DNA of 32,332 nt from a bacterium. Lineage in GTDB: Bacteria; Krumholzibacteriota; Krumholzibacteriia; G020349025. Below the pieces are notes generated by a model. The model saw only the letters and a list, made by a program, of their open reading frames with translations. It was not told the origin of the DNA and ran no database searches. Shown here piece after piece: positions 1-9,019 of the stretch (position 1 is its first letter; every line of letters begins with the position of its first letter). The stretch spans positions 1 to 32,332 of the forward strand of contig JANLSU010000016.1 of the NCBI GenBank assembly GCA_031362565.1. Reading direction: 5' to 3'. The position numbers and the translations under genes are program-made.

Positions 1-1
1 C

Positions 2-1699
2 CGCGAGCCGTACGGAGTCCCCGACCACCGTAACGGCTCGCGACGCAGCCAACTCGAGACGCAAAAGCCCCAGAGACCGCAGTCCCTCGTCGGCACCCTG
101 CACCACGACATCGCCGAAGCGCGTCCGTTGCAGAGCGACGAGGTCGGTCAAACGTTCCGGCGCGATCCAGAGTCCGCCAGCTTGGAGGGTGGGGTTCCGC
201 GGGAGGCCCTCCAGCCGGCGGGAAATTTCGAAGAGTTGACGAACCCGAGGTTCATCTTGATAGGCACGGCGCAAGCGCGGCGAGCGATCGAGTGCTTGCC
301 ACACATCACCGGTGCCCTCGGTTCGCAGGTCTTCGAGCAACGTGTCCAACGTGCCACGCTCGAATTCCAAACCATCGGCCACCGCACGCAGGATGCCGCG
401 CGTCGAGAACAAGGGACGATGCGCAGCGCGTGCCGCGCGCTCGGGTCCGAAGTGCCGCAAGATGTCACGGACCAGTGCGTCGCGGTGCCGGTGTGCAACA
501 TCGAACTCGAAGGCGGGAATCCCACGCCGCTGCCGCGACAAGAAGCGATCGAACTCGAGTCCGTGGGCCAACGGATCGATCTCGGTGATTCCAGCGGTGT
601 AACACACAAGGCTGCCCGCCGCGGCGCCGCGCCCTGGCCCGAGGGGGATCCCCGCAGACCGAGCCCGCCGCACAACGTCCTGCACGATGAGAAGACCGCT
701 TGCCAGCTCTGTCTCCTCGATGACCGCAAGCTCGTGGGTGAGACGGTTTCGGACCGCGACGGGCAGGTCGTCGGCACACATTCCAAAGAGCCGTGTCGCG
801 CCGCGTTCGGTTTCGCGGCGCAGTTCATCCAAGGCCCCACGTCCGGATGCGGAAGCGCCGCGGAATGGCTGCACACGACCGAGATCCATGTCGACTTGGC
901 AGAGTTCGGCAACGACGTTGGTATTGTCCAACGCCTCCGGCAGGTCGCGGAACAGAGTCCGCATCTCGACGTCGCTGCGAAGCGGCGCGGCACTGCCTCC
1001 TGCAGAGCCGTCGCTTCGGCCGCCCAGCCGCCGCAACACCGCATAGGCTTCGGCATCGTCGGCTTCCAGGTAGCGCACGTCACAAATTCCGACGAGTGGA
1101 ACGTTGAGGGTGCGGGCCAGATGGACGAGGCCGCGCTCCACTTCCGGATCACTCGCGCCACCACGTTGAACGCGAATGAAATAGCCATCGGCGCCGAAGC
1201 GGTTGCGCAACCACTTCGCCATGCTGATGGCACCCGCTTCCCCGTGGGCCGCGAGTGCACGCGTCACGGGCCCGTCGAGCCCGCCATCCAAGGCCACGAC
1301 ACCGGCCGCGAACTCCTCGAGATCCTGAAACCCGACGCGGGGCTCGGCGTTTCCCTGCACGCCGGGCAAGATCTCGAGGTGGGCGCGGCTGGTGAGCCGC
1401 AACAAGTTGCGCAACCCGGTTTCGTTGCGCGCCAACAGTTGAAGGGCAGCAAAACCGCCGTCCCAAGGGGCGCGCGCCGGAATGTCGGGTTGGACGTGAA
1501 CAGTCACGCCGAGCAGCGGCCGCACGCCCGCCGCCCGTGCCGCTATAAAGAAGGGCACGAGCCCGTGGGTCGCATTGAGATCGGCGATGCCAACCGCCGG
1601 CAGACGCAAGTCCCGAGCGCGTTCGACCAAAGGTTCGACGCGACACATCCCGTCCAGGAAGCCGTATTCGGTGCGCACGCCAAGTGGGACGTAGACCAC
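2..1699 (-). CDS. dnaE: DNA polymerase III alpha subunit (DnaE)-family protein, PHP + palm/thumb region, runs off the left edge; catalytic motifs degenerate
   Basis: Not in the ORF track because it has no stop in the window. GTG at 1699 follows AGGAG, and the frame is open to base 2. Hand translation gives MVYVPLGVRTEYGFLDG..GIADLN..GVRPLLG..LLARNETGLRNL..PLVGICDVRY..GIPLGPGRGAAAGSLVCYTAGITEIDPLAHGLEFDRFL..LEGLPRNPTLQAGGLWIAPERLTDLV..LGLLRLEL, colinear with DnaE. Confidence 0.9.
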   Translation of the reverse strand, partial: MVYVPLGVRTEYGFLDGMCRVEPLVERARDLRLPAVGIADLNATHGLVPFFIAARAAGVRPLLGVTVHVQPDIPARAPWDGGFAALQLLARNETGLRNLLRLTSRAHLEILPGVQGNAEPRVGFQDLEEFAAGVVALDGGLDGPVTRALAAHGEAGAISMAKWLRNRFGADGYFIRVQRGGASDPEVERGLVHLARTLNVPLVGICDVRYLEADDAEAYAVLRRLGGRSDGSAGGSAAPLRSDVEMRTLFRDLPEALDNTNVVAELCQVDMDLGRVQPFRGASASGRGALDELRRETERGATRLFGMCADDLPVAVRNRLTHELAVIEETELASGLLIVQDVVRRARSAGIPLGPGRGAAAGSLVCYTAGITEIDPLAHGLEFDRFLSRQRRGIPAFEFDVAHRHRDALVRDILRHFGPERAARAAHRPLFSTRGILRAVADGLEFERGTLDTLLEDLRTEGTGDVWQALDRSPRLRRAYQDEPRVRQLFEISRRLEGLPRNPTLQAGGLWIAPERLTDLVALQRTRFGDVVVQGADEGLRSLGLLRLELAASRAVTVVGDSVRLA

Positions 1700-1844
1700 G
1701 GTGCTCTCCTAGTTTGGGTCGTTCCCGCTGTGCCCGCCGGTGTCAGTCTCAGCGTCTTCCCGCCTCGACCCTGATCACTCTGGCTTGGCCTGCAGGTGGG
1801 CGGCCCCGGGTTGAACTCGACGTCAGCAATGGGCTGACAGACGA

Positions 1845-1873
1845 ATAGTAGGGAACGGACGTTTAGGTGTCAA
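1845..1873 (-). promoter_or_regulatory. sigma70-type promoter for the dnaE-like gene
   Basis: Minus strand TTGACA (1873-1868), 17 nt spacer, TACTAT (1850-1845). The spacer contains GAAC-GGAC-GTTT (1853-1864). Confidence 0.7.
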
Positions 1874-2063
1874 CGGTTGTCGGGTGTTCAGTTTACGGAC
1901 CGTTGATTGTAAAGAGGTTAAGTCGCAACCGACTGCCGCCGGGTGGCGGTCACCGGTCCCGAGGTCCGGTGCCGGGGGCGAAAACTCGAAGCAGAATTTC
2001 AGCCCCGGACGCGCCGCGCCTGCAGGCTGGGCGCTCGGTTCCGGCCTTTGGGCGGCCGGCGAG

Positions 2064-3611
2064 TCAGACCGGTCGCAGCACGAAGCGATGCACGCGGATG
2101 CCCACGAACGGCGTCATTTCTTCCGACAGCGCCCGCACCCGGAGCGCCTTCCGCAGCGCCCCCTTGGGGTCGATCGCTTCGGGACGGCATTCGAAGTACC
2201 AGAGCACGCCACCGGCCGGTGCGAAGGCTTGGACATAGCGCGTCGCCGCATCGAGGTCCGCAAATGCGGCGGCCGGCGGATGCACCGGCCTGGCGCCCAG
2301 GTCGCGGTAGTAGCTGCGCATCGCAAGCGTCAGCGAGATCTGCACGACTGGATCCTCGGGCCCCGCGTGGGTCGCGACATAGTGCACGGCGCCTCGGGCA
2401 TCGTCGCGTCCGTAGCGCGGCATGAACAAATAGTTCGCACACGACCACAGGCTTGCCACGCATGCCGCCGCGACCGCGACCGCCCGCAGGCGCCGCGGCA
2501 ACACCTGCCATCCCGCCACTACCATCAACAGGAAGGCCGGCACGGCGACCGACAAGTACCGCACGTTGTAGGGCTTGACGTTGGTCGCCGCCAACCACAC
2601 CGTCCAACCGCACGTCACGAGCGCCGGCACCAGCAACAGTCCCCGCCCGCGCCGTTCGCGCCACAGGCCGGCGGCAAACGGCACCCCGAACCCCAGCAAC
2701 ACGAGAAGGAGCGCCGGCATCGACCGCGGCGCGGCCGCCGCCGCCGGATTCAGACGCAGCTCCTCTAATGTAGGACCGAGGCTGTACCCCGCGGCGAAGG
2801 CAAACGCCGTGTACGGCAACGCCAGCGGATGCAGGGTCGTCGCGCCGCGCAGCGGTTCCTTGGAGCCGAAATCGGATTCGACCCCCACCAGGCGCTCCGG
2901 ATGCACCTGGTGTTTGATTTGCCAGGCGTACGGCACGAGCGTAAACGCCAGAACGGCATGCGCGACACACCAGATGACGAGAGCGCGACGATTGCGCCGC
3001 ACGACCCACAGACCCCACGCCCCCAAACCAATCGTGAAGAAGAGCCCATTCAGATTGCTGAGGATGCCGGCCAGTTCCGCCAGCACGACGACTACCCCAC
3101 GTCCGACCGACTGCCGCTGCATGAAACGCCACGCCGCCAGCAGTGTCAGGATCGCGAACAAAATGCTGCAGGAGTAATTGCGGCACTCCTGCGAGTAATA
3201 GAGCGCGAACGGCGAGACCGTGAGCAAGGCCGCGGCACCCAGCCCCGCCCGCTCGCCCCACAGAGCGCGTCCCAGGAGTCCGATCGCCGGCACCGCCAGC
3301 GCCCCCGCCAGGACCGAAGGAAAGCGCAAACTCGCTTCGCTCTCGGACACCCGGCTCGCGAGCCAAATCGCCACCGCATGTAGCGGTCCGTGAATATCAC
3401 CCAGGAGCGTTCCGAAACCGAACTTGTCGATCTCACCGATCCAGGCATAGGACAGGACTTCGTCGATCCAAAAACTCTGGGCGCCGAGCCGCACGCACCG
3501 CAGCACGAATGCGACAATCGACAAGGCCAGCAGTCCGTAAACGAAACGCCGCGCCGCGGCCGTTGAAACTGCCGGGCGCGACGCGTCGACGTTGAGTTCC
3601 ACCTGTGACAT
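2064..3611 (-). CDS. GT-C fold membrane glycosyltransferase (GT39/ArnT/PMT-like)
   Basis: LGAQSFWIDE, DIHGPLH, SEASLRFPSVLAG and YYSQECRNY motifs with many TM segments. Start ATG 3611 has GGAG upstream; ATG 3650 is an alternative. Confidence 0.85.
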   Translation of the reverse strand: MSQVELNVDASRPAVSTAAARRFVYGLLALSIVAFVLRCVRLGAQSFWIDEVLSYAWIGEIDKFGFGTLLGDIHGPLHAVAIWLASRVSESEASLRFPSVLAGALAVPAIGLLGRALWGERAGLGAAALLTVSPFALYYSQECRNYSCSILFAILTLLAAWRFMQRQSVGRGVVVVLAELAGILSNLNGLFFTIGLGAWGLWVVRRNRRALVIWCVAHAVLAFTLVPYAWQIKHQVHPERLVGVESDFGSKEPLRGATTLHPLALPYTAFAFAAGYSLGPTLEELRLNPAAAAAPRSMPALLLVLLGFGVPFAAGLWRERRGRGLLLVPALVTCGWTVWLAATNVKPYNVRYLSVAVPAFLLMVVAGWQVLPRRLRAVAVAAACVASLWSCANYLFMPRYGRDDARGAVHYVATHAGPEDPVVQISLTLAMRSYYRDLGARPVHPPAAAFADLDAATRYVQAFAPAGGVLWYFECRPEAIDPKGALRKALRVRALSEEMTPFVGIRVHRFVLRPV

Positions 3612-3812
3612 GCGCACGATGCTCCGAGGCTTGAATCCCACCTCGAACATACAGGAAGCCCGGGACTGGATTCCAACCCTTCTCCCAAAGGGTACCCACG
3701 CGCGGATCCAAGATCCGCTTTCGATGCACCGTCACCGCTGGTACCCTCGGCCGTTCATCGCGCCTTCGACGCGAACCAAGCTTGGGCAAGAACAGCCAGA
3801 TCCGGAATTGCC

Positions 3813-4610
3813 ATGAGCCCGCTCCACGCCCTGTTGCTGACGCTCGCCGCATTCGTGGGCGGCATGCTGAACTCGATCGCCGGCGGCGGCACGTTGGTGT
3901 CCTTTCCGGCTCTCCTCTGGCATGGGATCGCACCCATCGAAGCCAATGCGACAAATGCTCTGGCACTCTGGCCGGGCTCGCTCAGCAGCGCCTGGGGTTA
4001 TCGCGCCGAGGTTCGAAGTGCCGGCCGGCGCTACCTGCTGCTGATCATCCCGAGCCTGGTGGGCGCGTTGTTGGGAGCGATGCTCTTGCGGCGGACTCCG
4101 GCGCCGGTCTTTGCGCGCCTCGTGCCGTTCCTGGTGTTGTTCGCAACACTGTTATTTGCGCTGCAGAACCCGCTGCAAAGTTGGCTGCGCCGCCACCCGT
4201 GGCGGACGCGCCGCAGCGTGCCACGTGCCGCGACGCCTGGCGATGGGCCGGTGGGCGGGCTCGCCGGTGCATTGTGTTTTCAATTCGCCGCAGCGGCGTA
4301 CGGCGGCTACTTCGGCGCTGGAATGGGCATCGTCATGCTGGCGAACTTGGCGCTCATCGGCCTGACGGATATCCATCAGATGAACGGCCTGAAGAGTGTC
4401 TACGGCTTCGTGATCAACTTCGTCGCCGCCCTCTACTTCATCCACGCCGGCCTCGTGCATTGGCCCGAAGCACTGGTGATGATGGTGGGCGCTCTCGCCG
4501 GCGGCTACGCAAGCGCCGGCGTCGCCAGGCGCCTGGGGCGCGAGTTCGCGCGCCGGGCCGTAGTGGTGATCGGGCTGGTCTTCACGATTGCGCTGTTGGT
4601 GCGGCGGTGA
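3813..4610 (+). CDS. Sulfite exporter TauE/SafE family membrane protein
   Basis: NSIAGGGTLVSFPALL, ANATN and YGGYFGAGMG motifs; highly hydrophobic. Confidence 0.9.
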   Translation: MSPLHALLLTLAAFVGGMLNSIAGGGTLVSFPALLWHGIAPIEANATNALALWPGSLSSAWGYRAEVRSAGRRYLLLIIPSLVGALLGAMLLRRTPAPVFARLVPFLVLFATLLFALQNPLQSWLRRHPWRTRRSVPRAATPGDGPVGGLAGALCFQFAAAAYGGYFGAGMGIVMLANLALIGLTDIHQMNGLKSVYGFVINFVAALYFIHAGLVHWPEALVMMVGALAGGYASAGVARRLGREFARRAVVVIGLVFTIALLVRR

Positions 4611-4695
4611 TTTTCGAGCCACCCGGCGCGGCCCCCTGGCTACAACCCATTTGACTTCCGTCGCACGCCAGAGCAAGATTTGTGCAGGGAGTCCC

Positions 4696-7425
4696 ATGCG
4701 TCGTTTACTGTCGATCCTACCCCTCGTTCTGGGCTTGCCGTTGCGCGCGCTGGCCACGCCGGTGGAATGTCCGGGATGTGTGCTGGGCCTTTTTGCGGAT
4801 TCCGCCATGACTCGCACTCAAGTCGAGGCCTCCGGTGAGTCGGTGCCCATCTATCTCGGCATCCGCTATGGAGCAGGCGCCGCGCAAGATCTGACCGGGA
4901 TCGAATTCAGTATTGCCAACCTCGATTCGTTTCTGGTGCAAGTCACGCCGTTCCCTCCCTTGGCAATCGTCATCGGCACTCCGGCGGCGCCAGCTCCGAT
5001 CGACACGCTGTACCACACCGGCGGCATGAATGTCGCGTGGTCGGAGTGTTTGCGCGGCGACCGGCCGCTGTTGAAGCTCGTCTTGCGGCCGCGCGGCGTG
5101 TGGCCACCGGCAACGGTCTTGCGCGTCAAACGCCGGTACCCGGCCACGGTGGATCGGGCCACCACGCCGATCTTGACGCGCTGTGACGAGCCTTTTTACA
5201 CCGCCGAGGCATTGCAGGGCGGGCGCCTCTTGCTTGGGCCGGGCGGAACGCCGCAGTGCTCGGTGACAACACCTCGGTTCGATTTCGGGCCGGTCGCTGA
5301 GGGAGCCACGCCAACAATTCCCGTCACGGTCACGAATACCGGCGGTGGTCTCCTGGAGGGCGTTGCCACGATCGCCGGTCAGGACTTCACCCTGGATCCA
5401 GCCGATCACGGTTTTATCCTGGCACACGCCGAGTCCAAGGTGTTCACAGTGCGCTTCACACCGTCCGCGCCGGGACCTCGGTCGTGCAACGTGTCATTCG
5501 CTGCCGGTTGCGACCCGCTGGTGTTCACCGGGCATTTGGTCGACGTCATACCGATCGCCGCGCTCTATGCAGGCGCAGATTCGCTGGTCGGTCATTTCGT
5601 GACGATCGAAGGCCAGGTGACGATCCCCAGCAACCCGGCGAATTCGGTCACGGAAGCATGGGTTCAGGATGCGAGTGGACGAGGCCTGCGTGCCGTTTTG
5701 GGGCTGGTCGGCCGCAGCGAATGCGCCGGACACGACCGGATCGTGCACTTGGGTGGAGTGTTCGAGCGTACGACCTATGGGTTCCAGGTGTCACACGTTA
5801 CCAACGCCCGCGTTTTGAGTTCGCTCAACCCGGAAGTTTCGCCGTTGCGCATCTCGATCGCGGAAGCTGCACGGCCGGATCACATCAGCACCTACGTCGA
5901 ATTGATTGGCACCGTGTCCCTCGTTCCATCCGGCGTCGCGATCACGGACAGCACCGGCACGCTACGGGTCGGGCCCATCTTGGGAGCCATCGCCGGCCTC
6001 ACGGCGATCGTCCGCGCGGTACCCGAAATCGACGCCGCGGGCCCCTTCTTGCACCTGTACGATTATGTCGAAACCTATGGCTGCGAGCTCCGTTCCGTGT
6101 GGGGCACCAGGGATGCCACCGTGCTCGGGGATTCCGCCGAGGCCAGTGTGCGGATCGGCTACAACCCGGAGCCGTTCAGTTCCTGGCGCGTTCGGGTGAC
6201 GTTCGATCCGCGAATCGTACGCCTGCTGAGCGTCAGAGTGGCGCCACTCCTGGCAGGATGGGCGCACTTCGCGGTCGAATCCAGGACCGATAGTTCCGTG
6301 GTGATTTCGGCATCGAATCCGGTGCCACTTCCCAGGCACACCTACTCGGACCTGACGCTTCTGAAGTTTCAGGTCATCGGCTGCACGCCACTGGGCACGA
6401 ACCTCGGCATCACCCTACTCGATGGGGATCTCGAGGGAGTGACGACATGTGATGGTGCCGTGTTCTGTTGGAACTGTCGTCCGACCGGCGACGTGAATGG
6501 GGACCTGGCGCTCACACCCGGAGATGCCCGCTGCACATTGCTCACCTTCTTGGGTGGAGGCACCGTGGCACCGGAGTGCGATGTCGCGGGCTTTTGCGAA
6601 GTCACGACCGGAGACGTCAATTGTGACTTCCACACGACACCCTCCGACGCCCTCGAGATCTTCGAGCGTTGGCTTGCAGGCGAGGCGCCGCGTGCCAAGT
6701 GTGCGACAAAAGCCGGCGATGCGCCGCTCGGAGCGGAGCCCGGAATCGCTGCCCCGATTCGCAGTCCCGGCAGCTTCCGTTTGGATGTGTCGAATGGGCG
6801 CGAAGAAGGCAACGGCGAATTCGCGCTCGGGCTTGAACGCCTGGCCCCCGCGGGCCCGGCCGCGGTCGGTGTAGAGATTCGATTCGATTCGGCACGACTG
6901 CAGTTCCTGGGTCTGCGCAAAGAACCAGCGGGCAACCAATGGAACGCGCTGGAGGTCGGATCCCCGGGTATTGGCCGCGTCCGGATCGGCGGATTCGACG
7001 CGCGCCAGGCAACGGCAGCGAGTCCGCAGACCGATCCCATCGCCCTCCTGCTCGCGCGCCTCGTGTTCCGTGGTGATCGGCACGGGCTGGAAGCGGCGCA
7101 AGTCGAGTGGCTCGATGAAACAGCGCCCGACCTTATCGCGTCCGACCACATCAGGTTGGGCATTCCAAGGCCGAATCCCATCGTGTCGGGGTCCGTCGTG
7201 CTGGATTTCGCGCTGCCAGTTGCCCAGACCGTCGTGGCCACGGTTCTGGACGTGCGCGGACGTCGAGTCAAGACCTTGGGCAACGGCATTCTGGCACCAG
7301 GCCAGCATGCAGTGCATTGGGACTGCACCGATGCGCAATCGCAACGCGTCGCCGCGGGCTTGTACGTCATCGTCGTGCGAATCGGTTCGATCGTGCAGCG
7401 GCACAAAGTGATTGTCGTGAACTGA
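4696..7425 (+). CDS. Secreted multidomain protein: signal peptide, Ig-like (ASPM/choice-of-anchor-D-like), OB-fold-like, cohesin-like, dockerin-like, second cohesin-like, C-terminal FlgD-Ig-like domain
   Basis: ATG 4696 after AGGGAG; signal MRRLLSILPLVLGLPLRALA; FDFGPV..VTVTNTGGGLLEG..VRFTP; GDVNGD..TPGDA / GDVNCD..TPSDA duplicate; C-terminal PRPNP..VLDVRGRRVKTL..WDCTD..AAGLYVIVV. Confidence 0.8.
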   Translation: MRRLLSILPLVLGLPLRALATPVECPGCVLGLFADSAMTRTQVEASGESVPIYLGIRYGAGAAQDLTGIEFSIANLDSFLVQVTPFPPLAIVIGTPAAPAPIDTLYHTGGMNVAWSECLRGDRPLLKLVLRPRGVWPPATVLRVKRRYPATVDRATTPILTRCDEPFYTAEALQGGRLLLGPGGTPQCSVTTPRFDFGPVAEGATPTIPVTVTNTGGGLLEGVATIAGQDFTLDPADHGFILAHAESKVFTVRFTPSAPGPRSCNVSFAAGCDPLVFTGHLVDVIPIAALYAGADSLVGHFVTIEGQVTIPSNPANSVTEAWVQDASGRGLRAVLGLVGRSECAGHDRIVHLGGVFERTTYGFQVSHVTNARVLSSLNPEVSPLRISIAEAARPDHISTYVELIGTVSLVPSGVAITDSTGTLRVGPILGAIAGLTAIVRAVPEIDAAGPFLHLYDYVETYGCELRSVWGTRDATVLGDSAEASVRIGYNPEPFSSWRVRVTFDPRIVRLLSVRVAPLLAGWAHFAVESRTDSSVVISASNPVPLPRHTYSDLTLLKFQVIGCTPLGTNLGITLLDGDLEGVTTCDGAVFCWNCRPTGDVNGDLALTPGDARCTLLTFLGGGTVAPECDVAGFCEVTTGDVNCDFHTTPSDALEIFERWLAGEAPRAKCATKAGDAPLGAEPGIAAPIRSPGSFRLDVSNGREEGNGEFALGLERLAPAGPAAVGVEIRFDSARLQFLGLRKEPAGNQWNALEVGSPGIGRVRIGGFDARQATAASPQTDPIALLLARLVFRGDRHGLEAAQVEWLDETAPDLIASDHIRLGIPRPNPIVSGSVVLDFALPVAQTVVATVLDVRGRRVKTLGNGILAPGQHAVHWDCTDAQSQRVAAGLYVIVVRIGSIVQRHKVIVVN

Positions 7426-7492
7426 ATGCCCTTGGTGCGGAGGCACCCCAGCACCACTACGGGGCGTGGTGCGTCGAACGCCGATCGGCGCG

Positions 7493-8560
7493 TCAGTGGC
7501 GGTACAACGCCTTCACGCGTCCCCAGTCCACGGCCGAGATTCCGACCAGCGGGCCACACGCTTCGCCGCATTCGGCGCTATTGATAATCGCGCGATAGCT
7601 GACCGGGAAGCGATCGATCTGCGTGATGCAGGCTTTCGGCACCGTGCAGTTTCGGCACGGCACGAAGTAGGCACACTCCGCCGCGATCGCTGCAGGATGT
7701 GTCGGTTCGACAGCCTTGAGTTCCAACGCGTGGATCCCAGTCAGGCCGTTCACGATGATCTTGCCCAAAACGATGTTCTCGTGGACAAACGGCTCGCCAA
7801 AACAGAATCCGTACAGGACGCGGACACCGGCACCGTCCAACGTTGCGGCATTATCCACGGGTTGCCCTTCCGACGACTGACTGTCCTCAGAGGGCACCCA
7901 AGTGAACGTCGCGCCCGGAGCGGGCGGTGAGACTTCAATTCGAAAGGACGCGCCGCGGATTCCCCAACGAACGTGCGTGTCCGGTTGGGCACTGACGATC
8001 AGGCGCGTACCATCCGGGGTCGGAAAGCAACAGACACCCGGCCGGCCTTCCGGGTAGAAGACAATTTGTCCGCTCGGAAAACTGACTGGCGCCAGCACAC
8101 TGACGACCGCCGTGCAACTGCTGGCCGTCACAATGTCATCCGTCAGCCGTGCGAGGCCAAGTGAGGCACTTGCACCGTCGCGTTGTGAACGGAGCCGGAG
8201 TGTGACAAGCAAAGCCTCCGTACCGTCCATTGGAGATGGAGTCACGTTATAACCCCCGACGCGAATCGTCTGATTGCGAAGCTCTGTACCTTCAACGTGC
8301 GTCCATCCGGCTAGCAAGGGCCCCGGGATGATGTCGACGAGCGAAAATTGATCCTGCGACCCCGAGAGATCGAACCCGAAGGCCGCCAGCGTTCCGGTCC
8401 CGGTAATGGTGATCGGAACCTCGAAGATCGGGTTCGTCGCAAGATCGACACACTGCGGCTGGAGGCATAGGCGCGGTGGCGACAAAGGCTCAGCGACGAC
8501 GTTTGAAGCCGCCAGAGGACTACAACAAGCAATGAGAAACATGCCGCGCGGAAGCCGCAT
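7493..8560 (-). CDS. Secreted cysteine-rich protein with a cohesin-like domain and C-terminal 'WGRVKALYR' tag
   Basis: GGAGG precedes ATG 8560; signal-like N-terminus; VPITITG..AAFGFDL..PLLAGW..IRVGGY..LLVTLRL cohesin-like pattern; ends DWGRVKALYRH. Confidence 0.75.
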   Translation of the reverse strand: MRLPRGMFLIACCSPLAASNVVAEPLSPPRLCLQPQCVDLATNPIFEVPITITGTGTLAAFGFDLSGSQDQFSLVDIIPGPLLAGWTHVEGTELRNQTIRVGGYNVTPSPMDGTEALLVTLRLRSQRDGASASLGLARLTDDIVTASSCTAVVSVLAPVSFPSGQIVFYPEGRPGVCCFPTPDGTRLIVSAQPDTHVRWGIRGASFRIEVSPPAPGATFTWVPSEDSQSSEGQPVDNAATLDGAGVRVLYGFCFGEPFVHENIVLGKIIVNGLTGIHALELKAVEPTHPAAIAAECAYFVPCRNCTVPKACITQIDRFPVSYRAIINSAECGEACGPLVGISAVDWGRVKALYRH

Positions 8561-8696
8561 CGGCGCCTCCAATCCGGGCGCGCGAATTCCAATGCGACAG
8601 GCTTCGAAAGCGGTTCGCGCGCTTCCTACCCATTGTATCCCCAGACTTCCGGCAAGGGAAGTCTGCAGTCCAGAAAACTCGGTCCAACCCACGGCG

Positions 8697-8891
8697 TCAG
8701 TCGTGCCGCAGCGCGCGCACCGGATCGATGCACGCGGCGCGCGATGCGGGATAGAGCCCGGCCAGGACGGCGATCAGCGTGCCGAAGGCGATCGCCGCGA
8801 GTGCGACCCAGGGAGGCAGATAGAACATCTCCCTCGCGGGAATGTCCTGCCGCACCATCCCGTCGTCATCTTCGGCACCGAGTGCTCTCCA
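8697..8891 (-). pseudogene. Remnant C-terminus of a MacB/FtsX-family ABC transporter permease
   Basis: Translates ..RALGAEDDD|GMVRQDIPAREMFYLPPWVALAAIAFGTLIAVLAGLYPASRAACIDPVRALRHD*. This is the typical permease ending, but only about 65 codons remain and there is no credible start. Confidence 0.75.
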
Positions 8892-9019
8892 AGTCGACGC
8901 CGTCCAACGCGCGGATTTCCTGCCCGCCCAGGTGATAGATCCGTGTAAGTTTCTCGGTGCGCAGCATGGTGCATCATGCTGCCACGGGCGCATCAGGCGC
9001 AATTGCGGGAGGAATTCCC

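Noticed and set aside
128..1774. 548 aa plus-strand ORF
   Set aside because: Exact codon-register antisense shadow of the minus-strand dnaE-like gene, with no recognisable motifs.
4651..4679. Possible promoter TTGACT-17-CAAGAT before the cohesin/dockerin gene
   Set aside because: The -10 lacks the conserved first T, so it is too weak to call.
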